From Octopus bimaculoides (taxonomy: Eukaryota): 53,625 bases of DNA. The stretch lies in contig NC_068983.1 in the NCBI RefSeq assembly GCF_001194135.2, positions 74,762,306 to 74,815,930 on the forward strand, given 5' to 3'. Below the pieces are notes generated by a model that saw nothing but the letters and a program-made list of their open reading frames with translations, ran no database searches and was not told where the DNA came from. Positions 12,419 to 25,900 of this stretch are shown in pieces. Position numbers and translations under genes: made by a program. How positions within the stretch are numbered: the first letter of the stretch is position 1; every line of letters starts with the position of its first letter.

Positions 12419-13117
12419 TACCAAAAGGCTTTCGACAGTGTCCCCCACACGTGGATTCTGGAAACACTAGCCATAAACAAGGTGGCACCAATTATTATAA
12501 AATACATAAGGCGCTCAATGAACAAATGGCAGACAGTGCTACAGCTCCAAACAAAAGAGGGACTTGTGAAAACGAAAGCCATCCCTATTAGAAGAGGAAT
12601 ATTCCAGGGAGACACGCTCTCTCCACTCCTGTTCTGCCTGGCACTCACACCTTTAACTGAATTGCTAAATAGAACTGGATGCGGTTACAAATGCCACGGG
12701 AAAACAGTCAGCCACCTTCTATATATGGATGACCTAAAATTATGTGCTAAAAATGACAAAGAGCTAGAAACACTACTACAGACAGTACACGGCTTTACCA
12801 AGGAAATAGATATGAAATTCGGATTAGAAAAATGTGCCAAAGCAACCCTGAAAAGAAGAAAATTAGTTAAAAGTAGCAATATAACACTAGATAAAGCCAA
12901 TGAAATAAGAGAACTAGACGAAAGCCAACCATATACGTATTTAGGAGTCAGTGGACTAGATAGGATACAACATACACAAATGAAAGAAAAAATAAAGAAG
13001 GAGTACTATAGACGAGTTAGATCAATACTAAAAACAGAGCTCAATGCTAAAAACAAGATAATAGGTATCAACACTTTAGCTGTCCCAGTTATAAGCTACA
13101 GCTACAACATCCTTAAC
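12419..13117 (+). pseudogene. Reverse transcriptase segment of an R4/Dong-like non-LTR element (233 uninterrupted codons, 5'-truncated, runs into a gap)
   Basis: YQKAFDSVPH, RRGIFQGDTLSPLLFCLAL, HLLYMDDLKL, KFGLEKCA and YTYLG motifs; starts directly after (TAA)n. Confidence 0.9.
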
Positions 13118-13668
13118 NNNNNNNNNNNNNNNNNNNNNNNNNNNNNNNNNNNNNNNNNNNNNNNNNNNNNNNNNNNNNNNNNNNNNNNNNNNNNNNNNNN
13201 NNNNNNNNNNNNNNNNNNNNNNNNNNNNNNNNNNNNNNNNNNNNNNNNNNNNNNNNNNNNNNNNNNNNNNNNNNNNNNNNNNNNNNNNNNNNNNNNNNNN
13301 NNNNNNNNNNNNNNNNNNNNNNNNNNNNNNNNNNNNNNNNNNNNNNNNNNNNNNNNNNNNNNNNNNNNNNNNNNNNNNNNNNNNNNNNNNNNNNNNNNNN
13401 NNNNNNNNNNNNNNNNNNNNNNNNNNNNNNNNNNNNNNNNNNNNNNNNNNNNNNNNNNNNNNNNNNNNNNNNNNNNNNNNNNNNNNNNNNNNNNNNNNNN
13501 NNNNNNNNNNNNNNNNNNNNNNNNNNNNNNNNNNNNNNNNNNNNNNNNNNNNNNNNNNNNNNNNNNNNNNNNNNNNNNNNNNNNNNNNNNNNNNNNNNNN
13601 NNNNNNNNNNNNNNNNNNNNNNNNNNNNNNNNNNNNNNNNNNNNNNNNNNNNNNNNNNNNNNNNNNNN

Positions 13669-14182
13669 GGTATAAACACACGCCAGAAAAAGTCACAGAA
13701 AACGAGAAAGCAACCATACTCTGGGATATGCCAATACACACAGATAGAGAAATTAAGGCAAATAGACCAGATATAGTTGTCAAAGCTCATGAAGAAAAAA
13801 ATGCTTTCTAATTGATGTATCAATACCAGCAGATGACAACGTTTCTCTAAAAGAAATGGAAAATCTTTCAAAATACAAAGACCTGGAAATAGAGGTAACT
13901 CGAATGTGGAATCTAAAAACAGAGACAATTCCTATTATAGTAGGTGCCTTAGGTAAAATAAAAAAAGATATTCAGACAAATACATAACAAAAACACCAGG
14001 ACTTACAAATATATATAACATACAGAAAATTGCACTACTGGGCACTGCACACATCCTACGCAAAACACTTTCAATACAGTAACCATAAGAGCATCACAGC
14101 AAACCACAGCACATACCCAAGGCGCACAGAGTTGCGCTCGGTAGTGAAGTGAAAGCACGTTATAAAAGTAAAACTACTGAAC
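13669..14182 (+). mobile_element. R4/Dong-like REL domain and 3' UTR (family G); possibly the 3' end of the RT at 12419
   Basis: YKHTPEKVTENEKATILWDMPIHTDREIKANRPDIVVK...LIDVSIPADDN...KYKDLEIE...LLGTAHILRKTLSIQ* with frameshifts at A-runs; (TAA)n follows. Confidence 0.85.
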
Positions 14183-14471
<289 letters not shown>

Positions 14472-14993
14472 TGATTGGGTTCAATTTCACCCAGCCTAAA
14501 AAAAAGTTCTCGAAATTTTAAAAATACCCTACAATCTGGTTTACCGAAAATGAGAATTGCAAAATCTTGTGGGATGCAATGATCCAGTGCGATCATCCGA
14601 CCAGACATCGGAAACCGGACATTGTTGTGGTGATAATCGAGATTGCATGGCCGGTGACAACAGGATCAGTGTGAAAGAAGAAAACATAAACAACTATGGT
14701 GATTTGAAGCAGGAAATTCGAAAGTTGTGGTCAATGAAGAGAATAGACGTGATACCAATAGAAATAGGTGCACTTGGAAGTGTCAGTACTCAACTACCAA
14801 CAAGGCTGAAAAAAATCGGTGCAAGCGTGAAGATAGAACACCTACAAAAATCAACATCGCTTGGAGCAGCAAGAATTCTTCGCAGGGTTCTTGAAGCATG
14901 ACCAATAAACAAGTGTCACCTTAGTCTGCTGGTTGTGGACAGCCGACACTTCCCAGCCGACACTTTCCCAGCGAAATAAGCTGAGAGTTTTCA
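14472..14993 (+). mobile_element. Chimeric R4/Dong-like piece: short family J fragment (14472-14539) joined to a family E/I REL domain and 3' UTR
   Basis: LGSISPSLKK..EILKIPYNL matches 15065-15125; then ENENCKILWD...RKPDIVVV...IAWP...GALG...GAARILRRVLEA* (stop 14899-14901); UTR resembles that of 11976-12374; ends in TAATAATAA. Confidence 0.75.
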
Positions 14994-15004
14994 TATAATA
15001 ATAA

Positions 15005-15288
15005 GATCGCTAAGATGTGGCAGCTACGAGAGTCAAACATAAAGGTTATCCTATTGACATCGGAGCATTGGGTTCAATACCACCCAATCTGAAAAAACAT
15101 CTGAAAACTTTAGAAATACAATCTAGGTGCATGGCAAGAGTCTGCATTACTTGGAACTGCGCTCATATTGCGTAAAGTACAGTCTTTCTGGGAGTTCTTG
15201 TGATTTGACAAACAGTACAAACCCCCGGTAGACACAATATCTTCAATCAACAACCTCACGATATTGTGTACTGTGCGAAGTCTACAAT
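15005..15288 (+). mobile_element. R4/Dong-like REL C-terminal fragment (family J)
   Basis: IAKMWQLRESNIKV..IGALGSIPPNLKKHLKTLEI..QESALLGTALILRKV with frameshifts. Confidence 0.75.
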
Positions 15289-15291
15289 AAT

Positions 15292-15930
15292 GAGAAGAAG
15301 AAGAAGAAGAAGAAGAAGAAGAAGAAGAANNNNNNNNNNNNNNNNNNNNNNNNNNNNNNNNNNNNNNNNNNNNNNNNNNNNNNNNNNNNNNNNNNNNNNN
15401 NNNNNNNNNNNNNNNNNNNNNNNNNNNNNNNNNNNNNNNNNNNNNNNNNNNNNNNNNNNNNNNNNNNNNNNNNNNNNNNNNNNNNNNNNNNNNNNNNNNN
15501 NNNNNNNNNNNNNNNNNNNNNNNNNNNNNNNNNNNNNNNNNNNNNNNNNNNNNNNNNNNNNNNNNNNNNNNNNNNNNNNNNNNNNNNNNNNNNNNNNNNN
15601 NNNNNNNNNNNNNNNNNNNNNNNNNNNNNNNNNNNNNNNNNNNNNNNNNNNNNNNNNNNNNNNNNNNNNNNNNNNNNNNNNNNNNNNNNNNNNNNNNNNN
15701 NNNNNNNNAAGAAGAAGAAGAAGAAGAAGAAGAAGAAGAAGAAGAAGAAAAAGAAGGAGAAGAAGGAGGAGGAAGAGGAGAAGGAGGAGAAAAAGAAGAA
15801 GAAGAAGAAGAAGAAGAAGAAGAAGAAGAAGAAAAAGAAGGAGAAGAAGAAGGAGGAGAAGAAGAAGAAGAAGAAGAAGAAGAAGAAGAAGAAGAAGAAG
15901 AAGAAGAAGGAGGAGGATGAGGAGAAGAAG
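15292..15930. repeat. (GAA)n/(GGA)n purine tract spanning an assembly gap
   Basis: Read directly; N gap at 15330-15708. Confidence 0.95.
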
Positions 15931-16759
15931 AATCTACAAAAACAATGAAAGAAAACTGTCTTAATGTAAGCCATCTCAGAAAACTGAAAGATTTTTCTTA
16001 TATGGAGTGTATATATACAAAAAGATAGCTTTCCTTAGACAGCAACATGTGCGTAAAAATGTAAACACTACTATTTCTATATGAAAACTCCAAACCTGTG
16101 ATAAACATTTAGATATTAAATTTTGAATTTTAATTACATATACATATACATATACATCCATATTTATACAAAACTTCTATATATATACACATTGCTGTTA
16201 CCTCTCGGTCTCTCGTTGGTACAGCAATAATAATCATGACTACGAAAGAAACATCAACACATGTCCATGGGTGGAGTTCAGTTAAAAAAGTAAACACTGC
16301 AAAAGCGAGCCCATAACAAAACCAACCAAAAGAGAAAGAACAATGGTCAGATAACCATAAATACTATGGAATGGTTGATTTATGAGTTACGCACACTACT
16401 ATGCAACACTCCTCCAAAAACATACAGGAATAAACTCATACCGTAAATACCCAACAAAATGAACAAAGCTCACATGTGCCATAGAAGGCTGATACCCAAC
16501 AGAAGAACGCAACCTGCGCTACACAAACAACACACAATACAAAAACTTATACAAGAGAAGACTCAAACGAAACCCTATAGCAAAACATACTGATATAATA
16601 CACTATCCTACAGCCACCAAAAAAATCCAGCCATCCCACCAGCCCAATGGTGCAACAAATGATGCAATAGAAAGTTGCTTGAAACTATGAGATGTCGAAA
16701 AGCAATAGTGATGATGACGACGTTGGTGACGAACGTTACTTTACTTCAGTTTATGAGGG

Positions 16760-16945
16760 TTAGACAACATTCTCCCTGAGCAGAAAGGTAGTCCGTTGCA
16801 GGGTTACACAAGCACAGTTGAGTGGAATTGAGCAACATGAAATGAAGTGGTTTGCTCAAGAACACAACGCACCGACGATCTGCGAATCGACACCATGATC
16901 TTGCGATCATGAGTACAAAATCCTTACCACTAAGCTACGCGCTTA
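16760..16945 (-). mobile_element. tRNA-headed SINE with a V-domain-like segment (family 4)
   Basis: Reverse complement: GCGCGTAGCTTAGTGGTAAGG (A box)...GGTGTCGATTC (B-box-like)...CTTGAGCAA...ACCCTGCAACGGACT. Confidence 0.55.
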
Positions 16946-17119
16946 TAAATCTATAAAGAGACATAAATACAACCATGAACACATACAAAAACACACGTAT
17001 GTGCAGTCAGTGAAGCCGTGTGCTGTATTTATGCCTAATGTTATCAAACGTTTAGTGTTATGAAAATTACTGCGTCCCATGTATCGCTAAGTATATGCTT
17101 CCACTTTTTGTCTGATATT

Positions 17120-17335
17120 TGCTTCAAAATTTTGCACAAGGCTAGCAATTTCGTGGGAGGCGTAAGGCAATTACATCGAACCGAGTGTTCAGCTGATACT
17201 TATTTCATCAACCCCGAAAGGATGAAAGGCAAAGTCGACCTCGGCGAAATTTGAACTCAGAACGTAAGGACGGACGAAGCGCCGCGAAGTATAGCATTTT
17301 GCCCAACTTGCTAACGACTCCGTCAGTTCACTGAC
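17120..17335 (-). mobile_element. SINE family 1 copy
   Basis: CCCCGAAAGGATGAAAGGCAAAGTCGACCTCGGCGAAATTTGAACTCAGAACG. Confidence 0.85.
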
Positions 17336-17446
17336 TTTAATCGTTTGTCTAATTGTAGTAGCTTATTAGAATACCCTAAAAGGCTACATTCAACAAGTGG
17401 TAACAATAAGTGGCTGCAACCCCACCCAAATTCATAAATATATGTA

Positions 17447-17477
<31 letters not shown>

Positions 17478-17576
17478 TCATATTTATATATATATATATA
17501 TATANNNNNNNNNNATATATATATATATATTTAAAATGCAGAGATGCCTATAATAGGACATCTAACCCGCTAGAAA

Positions 17577-17612
<36 letters not shown>

Positions 17613-17922
17613 CATACGTATTAGGCATGTATTTGTGAGTATGAATATGTGAAATGTTACAGTGACATTTTGCAATTGTGCACAGTCGTACAAAAGCAGG
17701 AGCAATCCATAATTCCTAATTAAAATCACAATCGGTGTTTTGATTGAGTATTATAAAATGTTAGAATAGGTGAAGTGAGTACATGTTTATTGAGCGTGAT
17801 TTAACCATCCGTTGGTGACTGCGATCAGTCTTCGGGCTGTAAATTTACAAATAAATGTGTATGTGTGAATGCATGTATGTATATGTATGTGTGTATGTTT
17901 GTGTGTGTGTGTCTATGTGTAC

Positions 17923-17967
<45 letters not shown>

Positions 17968-19914
17968 CATTTATCTATCTACACACACACACATGTATGA
18001 ATTATGTATTGTTGACGCATTTATATTTTTCTAGTTTCACACCTGTTATGTACTGATAGTAATAGCAATAATGCTCAAGTGATATACTGCATAATATCAT
18101 GTGTTAATTATAAATTCTTCATAGACACAGAAACTAAACATATCCCAAGTGTACTTATACGCGGGTTTAACGTATAAGTACACTCCAGTGTTATCAATGT
18201 AATCGTTAGATACGTACGAAACAGATATTCCTGCATGTCTTTTATATCTAATGAGCATTGTTGCTAACGACTGCATCCCTACGTGTGTGCTAAGTGTTGT
18301 CATAATTATAAGGAACTTATAGAGGCACATGCACGCACGAACACACACACCGTCATGAAAAAATAATTTTCATGCTGAATCTATCACAAGGCTCAATAAA
18401 ATGATACGAAATTACACAAAATCTAGAACTGTTAGATACATAAGATAATAAAGGCGACTGAAAACAAATGAGATTCACACACATGCGCGCGCACACACTT
18501 AGATGTTTCCACCTTTGACATAGAATTATGTTCCACGCAGCCTATGAATTATTATTCCGTTTTACTGCATTCCTTTTCTTCAGCAGGCACATGAAACTAA
18601 CGTATGATATAGAAAGCATTACAACGTAATATAAGAGTTATACGCATGTGACTAACAGAAACACTTCTACACTCAAGTTAAGAATGCATGTATTTATTTT
18701 AATGCATCCGTTTTAGTCGTCATATTCTCTGAACTATTCAACATATTTTATTATATTTCTGAGGATAGCTTAATTTTCTCTTACATTCATTTTATCGTGC
18801 TTTCTTGCAACCTTTACGCGAAAATATTTTCTCGCTGTGTTGAGAAACATTATTTAATACTATTACCTCTGTTTTCATTGAACTGCTAAAATTAATTGGT
18901 TGAACATTCTGAAGATACCTCGGCAAAGGTGTAGGGGCTGTCAAGAGATATCAACAGTCTTTGCAAATATAAAGTGTAATTCATAAATACGTTTTCTTCA
19001 TTTGACAACTGATAGAGGAAGTATAGCAGGGCAACTCTATTGACTGGCATAAAGTTACTTACAGACAAACCACAACCAGAGGTCGATAGGTGCGCTGTAT
19101 TAACTTTTGTCATTTCTACCGCTACTATGATGGCTAATGCTTCTCGGAATTGGCTGGGTTTAACCCACCTGGAAACTGGCTCTCCAGACCCACTCGTATC
19201 TTCTCCTTCGGTCATTCCAATTGAATCCATCTCTTAGGCCACTCACAAATTATTACGGCGAGTTCCTCTTTCGTGAATCCACTTCATGTTTATGTCTTTC
19301 GTGTAAGTGTGGATTTTTAAAAGTTCAAGAAAGACATGAATGGCATGAAAACTTTCTAGGAGGATCGGTAGAAGGCATGGACACTTCCATCTTCCAAATC
19401 AACAGCTAAGAACAAAAAGAAGGCCTAGAAAAACTAGTGGGCAGGGACCCTACTTCTCTCATTAAAGCTGTGAAAGTAAAAAGATTACAAAACTTTTGCA
19501 TATTGATGGATAACATCAACACTGTCAGATAATGTAATTGAAGAAACAAATGCATTTATTGAAGCAGAAACATACAACGATGTTTAAATTTAAGTACTTC
19601 ATTTAGAATGTGCTATTGAAGGTGAAAGATGCATGATTGAACACTTATTTTAATGTCATAATAAAACCCGGATTTTCTAACTTTGCTTTGATGCTTTCCG
19701 TTGAATGTTTCTATTCAAATGCTTCATGAACTGAATTATTAAGATTATTATTATTAGATATGCATTTTGCACAAACGTGTACATGCATACATACATACAT
19801 GCGTGCATATATGTATGTGTGTATGTGTATGTATAGACAGATTGATAGATATATGTAAGTGTATATGTGTATGATTGTGTATATATATGTGTGTATGTAT
19901 ATATACATATACGT

Positions 19915-19948
<34 letters not shown>

Positions 19949-20057
19949 GTACATATATATGTGTGTGTGCATGCATTTGTATATATAGAGATCGGTAGAT
20001 TGATAGATATGGACATATGTGTGTATATGTATTCACAGCATATATATNNNNNNNNNN

Positions 20058-20088
<31 letters not shown>

Positions 20089-20694
20089 CATATGCACACA
20101 TACACACACCAAGCATACATACGAACACGCACACACATATGTATGTACTCATGTTTGCATGCTTCTATACATGTTTATAGTTACGCATATATGATGGAGA
20201 AAAGCTAAATTCAAAATGGGTGGAATAGAGAAAGAAAGAATAGAAAATATAAAAGAAAAGGAACCGATTAGGGTACGATGGCGAGGATGGTGAGAGAATT
20301 AGCAAAATGGGCGGGAAAATAATGAAGGAAATTAAGTTAATTATACAACAATTGAGAGACAGGAAAAGATGGCGGAATAAAGTTTTAATAAATGGAAAAG
20401 AGAAGAATGTACTTGAAACCATCACCACCACCACCAACAGCAATAATGAGACGAGCTAATGAAGTTTCGTTTACATTGTCACTTGACATGCTAGAAATAG
20501 ATGGTAAACTTTATAAATGAGATTCACGGTCTTAAAGAAATGAAAGAATATACATTTCATGTACTGTTCGACCTATGTCTAGGTGTGCATGGAATGACCG
20601 TAGCTGGAATCCCTTTGTTATTCATAGGTCTGCTTGACCAATGTTGACCTCTTAATCTGGGTTTAGACAATTATAAATACAGTGAAATTAACTA

Positions 20695-21255
20695 CTTGTC
20701 GAATACACCTACCCCAGGGCTCAACCGGTACTTTTTATTCTATCGATTCCGAAAGGATGAAAGGCAAAATCGACCTTGGCGACATTTGAATTCAGGAAGT
20801 GAAGACAGAAGAATTATTACTAAGCATTTTGTCCGGCGCGCTAACGATTCAGCCAGCTCACCTTATTATTAGCAGCAGTAATAAATCTTTCTACAACGGG
20901 CTCAAGCCTGAACATTTGAGGAGAGCGGGGTATTGTCGATTACATCAATCCCAGTATTTGAATGGTACTTACTTTATCGTCCCGAAAAGATGAAAGGCAA
21001 AGTCAACCTCAGTGGAATTTGAGATCAGAACGTAACGCCTACTAACAGCATTAATAATGATTTCAAATTTTGGCACAATGCCAGCAATTTGGGGGTTTGG
21101 AGTGCAAGTCAACTCAACTGGTACTTATTTTATCAACCTTGAAGGAATGAAAGCGAAAGTCTACCTCGGTGAGATTTGAACTCATAGCGTAAAGACGGAC
21201 GAAGTACCGCTAAACATTTATCCCATTGTGCTAACGATTCTGGCAGCTCGCCGGT
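20695..21255 (-). mobile_element. Three tandem SINE family 1 copies
   Basis: Three occurrences of the GATGAAAGGCAAAG/AATTTGAACTC-type core near 20760, 20995 and 21150. Confidence 0.8.
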
Positions 21256-21904
21256 AGTAATTACGTCAGCTACCGGTAGTAATTATGTCAAGATAAACAA
21301 TAAGCATAAGTATTTAATGTTGCATTCGTTTTTAATCCTGAAATATCATTAAATAGATGCTAGAAATCTGAATGGTCGCATGGGATTCATCATATGTAGA
21401 CATAGGCCGAAGATCGAGTCATTAAAGAGGAAAGACGTTTAACAGACTTGCGGAGTGTAAAACCTTATCTGGACTGTTAGGTGCAAATACACTAAGTTTA
21501 AGCACAGAAAACAGTTCGAAACAAAATCATCGAACAATAAAAATGAACGTTTTTTATTGTCAGAAACAGCATATTAGCGTGTCAGTGACCACAACATGGA
21601 TTCATTTCTCCTTTGTGGTTGTTTTATTTTACTAAAACCATCAATACTCATAAGGAATATATGTCTATCACGACTATAGTTTATTCTATTTCAAGAGAGA
21701 GTGGGGTTGAATAATCTATTGTTTGATATTTGTTATCACCGAAAACAGTTTATCAGGATGCATCACTCTATCTGACTACTATGTAAACAAAATACATTAT
21801 ATTACACTGCTGGTTTTAGTAAGTGGGCTGTGGCCAAGTCAGGGTAACGATTTTATTGACACTACATTTTTCTACAATTTATAATATTGTGTTTTATGTT
21901 AGAA

Positions 21905-21967
<63 letters not shown>

Positions 21968-21968
<1 letters not shown>

Positions 21969-22198
21969 CTTCGTAACACAGTGTAAGTAAAAATGCACCG
22001 GAGTCTTTAGCCAAGTCACAACAAGGACCTCAGACAGATAATGCTTTCCTTAAGTTGTGCGCTGTGCCCAGTAAGGCTGCTTTTTGCAAGACATCAATCT
22101 TGCATGGGATTTCCAACTGCTTTAAGTTTTGAAGTTTCAATGGGATTGAGCTGAACGCTCCGATCACCCCTGTTATCACGTTTACATTACTCTCTCGC
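21968..22198 (-). mobile_element. R4/Dong-like REL C-terminus and 3' UTR (family J-related)
   Basis: Minus frame RESNVNVITGVIGAFSSIP...LQKAALLGTAHNLRKALSV*; (TTA)n at 21906-21967 reads as a (TAA)n tail on the element's sense strand. Confidence 0.8.
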
Positions 22199-22224
22199 AT
22201 TCCATGCAGATATAGGAATAGATA

Positions 22225-22446
22225 TAGGAGGGTGGGGGCTGAAAAGTTCCTGGCTTTAAAGATACTACGAAAGTCCTGGTTGGAGACCCAACCTTCCGAG
22301 TTCTTTTATAGGACTTAGAAAACTGAAGGACCGCTGCAATAAGTGCGTGAATCTTAGAGGGGAATATGTTAAATAAAATCATAATTAACCGATCTTGGTG
22401 TATTTTCTTTTACCCAAAGCCAGGAACTCTTCAGCAACATCTCGTA
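22225..22446 (+). mobile_element. Mariner-derived MITE (internally deleted)
   Basis: Inverted ends GCTGAAAAGTTCCTGGCTTT / AAAGCCAGGAACTCTTCAGC with TA at both ends; internal LEKLKDRCNKCVNLRGEYVK* matches the mariner transposase C-terminus. Confidence 0.8.
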
Positions 22447-23250
22447 CGGCAATGCAAAGAAGCACAGTGTGACCATCAGAGTTTAACAACATTCGATAGT
22501 CAGGTCGATGCAGTGATACAGAGTCATATGCATATATATATAGTGAAAGAAGGGAGAGAGGGAGAAGGAAAGAGAAAGAGGGAAGAGACAGACTGATATG
22601 CAGATAGAAAGGTTAAAAACATGTATCAATTTATTATGTTTTATATATTTAGCAGTTGCCAATTCATTAAATTGTTATAATGAAAGAACAAGGAGGAGTC
22701 GAGGAAGTATACTCTCCACACAAAGTTGTTCATCGATACAAACCTGCCTTGAAGTATTCGTGTTGATCTTTTATAAGATTATGTTTCACTTCATTCGTTA
22801 TAGCATCTTTGAAGCAAATTGGAAGCCTCCCTCGTGTGTTGCAGTCGGAATAGAAGTTTGCGATAGAAACGATAGATTCAACTCCATTCATTGAACATAG
22901 CTTTAGGAAATCTTCTTGAATTAAAACACATTTTCCATGGTGGATGGTGGTATCAATATTTGCGGAGTTATTTTATTTATTTGTTTATTTTTAAGCTTAT
23001 CAAAGGTAGAATATATTCATGATCGTTACGCAAGTGCAGAGCTTCACTATTGTAAATCAAGAGAAATAACGTTAAAAAAAATACCAATATATACGTCGCA
23101 ATAGTAATGGGATCAGCAGCAGCAACATCAGTAGCAATAATTAGAATTGTGTTTAAGACATTGAACACACTTTTCTTTTGCCCTGTCTTATTTATATGTA
23201 TCCGTTTACTCAGAATTCTAAAGATACTAATACGCGTGAATATGTGTGTG

Positions 23251-23303
<53 letters not shown>

Positions 23304-23369
23304 AATTAAAGATGGAAAATGCACACACTTTATATAGTTTTAATATAATTTTTAATACATCTTATATTG

Positions 23370-25200
23370 TGTTTGTCGACTGGTTTCGCTTTCGCTAAAC
23401 ATGACATTAAAATTTATTTAAATACGTATTTTCTTAAGAAAAATTTTTTTGCTCATGTCGTGTTTGGAGTTTATAGATGAATGATTCAACAAGTAGAAAA
23501 CCTTAGGGGAGGTAATTGGTTATCGTTATTATTGTGGACAGGGGAGATAAGTGTTCATCTTTCGTGGTGGGGGGAGTATATACACAAAAATTCAAAAACT
23601 AGAGTCATTGGGAGAAACATGTACAGTGATAAGTATGTAATCGTGAATTAAAATATGTATAGAGATGAAAGTTGGTTATGCGTACATATTTAGGCGTGTT
23701 CTGTATTTTTCGATAAATAAATATTCTTTATTTAAACGTTCTTGCATATAAATTTTATCTTTGCACTGGTAGAAGGAGGAAAACTGTGAAATTTGGTTTG
23801 ATGTTACTTGCACGTCTGTCTATGTGCTCACTAAAAGGAATCTATCTGTATTGCGGGAGCCGGATCTACTCTTTATGTAGAGTGGTTCTCCGTCTCAATG
23901 TCATACGCGTCTGTCCTATATAGTGATGTCCACAACCCGTGCAGATTGTAACATAAATTAGATTCTCAGAGGCACAAGTGAAGTTGGTTTTAATTGTCAA
24001 CCTCTCTCCTTGTTTGGAAAGGAAATCCGAGCCTTCAAGTAGGCTTGGGCATGTTCCGCAGTTTAGACGTCCACATTTTTAACCGTTGGTTTCGTGGTTG
24101 TTATGTAAAGCTTCGCATTTTTTAGAAGTCTCTTTAGCGATTTGTGTTGCTTTTTGCATTTGATGAATTTGTGCTTTCAGGATGTTGTTCATTTTTGGGT
24201 CTCTAGTGAGTAAAGGAAGATTTTACACAATAGTGTTCTATGCCTCATTGTTTTTAGGGTTGTGAGTTGATACATACAGTAGTGTTTTGAGATGAGGTGT
24301 GGTGTTATATTTTGTTGTCCTTAGTGTTTTTATGTTTAATTTCTTGGCACGTTTAATTCCATTGTCTATAAGTGAGGGTGGATATTGTCTTTCACTCAGT
24401 GTTGTTCCGAGGTCTTGAAGACGAAGATCGCGAGTAGTTCTCTCAGACACTATTGTGCAAATCCTTTTTGCCAAATTAAAGGGGATATTTATCTTAATGT
24501 GTTTCGGGTGGCATGAGCTAAAAAGGAGATATAGCTTTGAGTCTGTTGGTTTATTATAGATGTCAGTTATAATTTGGTTGTTGACTTTTTTATCATAATA
24601 TCCAAAGATGGGAGCTGTTCGTCTCTATATTCCATTATGAATTGAATGTTAATGTTTACATCATTTACTGTCGATTTCAATTCCAAAAGTTTATCAATGG
24701 TCTCCTTCCAAATGATAAAACAGTCATCCAGGTATCTTTTCCAGTTTTCTCTTATGCAATGGTGAAATGGATAACCATATTTTTGTAGTGACATTTTCAT
24801 ATATGTTAAGTTCAAAATAACCAATTATCAGGTTCGCAAGAACAGGAGCTGCTTTCGTTCCCATCACAGTTCCGCATTTTTGACGATAGTAGGTGTCATC
24901 AAATAGGAAATAATTGTTCTGGGGTATAAATTTTACAGATTCAATAATAAAGACCTGATTTATGCGCCCCTGAAGTACTTCAGTATACTCTTCCAACCAA
25001 AATTTGATTACTTTTATCCCATAGTCATGTGAGATTGCTAACATCGAAGGAAACCAATAATGCCTCTTCATTAGTTGTTTTTGATAGGTGCTCTAGCATA
25101 TCTAAATCGTGTCTAATGAAACTTTTGATGTATTTCAGTGAGTGTTTCAGTGGAATGTCAAGAAAATCCCTTAGGCGGTGGGTTTATAATATATATATAT
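23370..25200 (-). mobile_element. Decayed Penelope-like element (RT + Cys-rich linker + GIY-YIG endonuclease), Neptune-like
   Basis: LVSFDVSNL, YYRQKCGTVMGTKAAPVLANL, WKRYLDDCF, IYNKPTD, SSCHPKH, CGRLNCGTC, NLIYVTICTGCGHHYIGQT; stop near 23676; several stops and frameshifts; 5' side lost in (TA)n and a gap. Confidence 0.9.
23374..23406 (-). ncRNA. Decayed minimal type I hammerhead ribozyme motif downstream of the PLE ORF
   Basis: Minus strand TGTC-ATGTTTA-GC GAAA GC-GAAA-CCAGT-C-GACA: stem I TGTC/GACA, stem II GC/GC, GAAA and GUC are present; the 7-nt core matches CUGAUGA at 4 of 7 positions. Confidence 0.5.
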
Positions 25201-25401
25201 ATANNNNNNNNNNNNNNNNNNNNNNNNNNNNNNNNNNNNNNNNNNNNNNNNNNNNNNNNNNNNNNNNNNNNNNNNNNNNNNNNNNNNNNNNNNNNNNNNN
25301 NNNNNNNNNNNNNNNNNNNNNNNNNNNNNNNNNNNNNNNNNNNNNNNNNNNNNNNNNNNNNNNNNNNNNNNNNNNNNNNNNNNNNNNNNNNNNNNNNNNN
25401 N

Positions 25402-25419
<18 letters not shown>

Positions 25420-25436
<17 letters not shown>

Positions 25437-25437
25437 T

Positions 25438-25517
<80 letters not shown>

Positions 25518-25530
25518 TACATATATATAC
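25420..25530. repeat. (TG)n-(GATA)n microsatellite
   Basis: Read directly. Confidence 0.95.
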
Positions 25531-25900
25531 ACCAAATGGCTCATTGTGTTCTGTGTTCAAGTCCTACTACGACCTACTTGTGTGTTTGTCTTAAACTGCC
25601 GACTGGTTTAACTTCACTAGTTGGCACTGTGGTTGACATTGAGGTGTCCACTTTGTTTCAATCATTCCGACCAGGTCTCTGGTTTGGGGAATATCTTCCT
25701 ATTTTCCACAAAACTACCTCAAAGGCCCTGTAAAAGTCATAAACATTGCCTTATCCTCTAAACTAAAAGATCAATATTAATAACTTGTAGGCACACAGTG
25801 TTTCGTTATGCAACCATGATATGCTACAAAGTATATTAAGCGTTTTCATAAGTCAATACCATGTGGTATTGTGATAGCAGTGCACTTAAATCACGTGCTA

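Noticed and set aside
16240-16700. Second, very old Penelope GIY-YIG remnant
   Set aside because: Only vague similarity (LIYE...PPKTY, ERNLRY); catalytic motifs not recoverable
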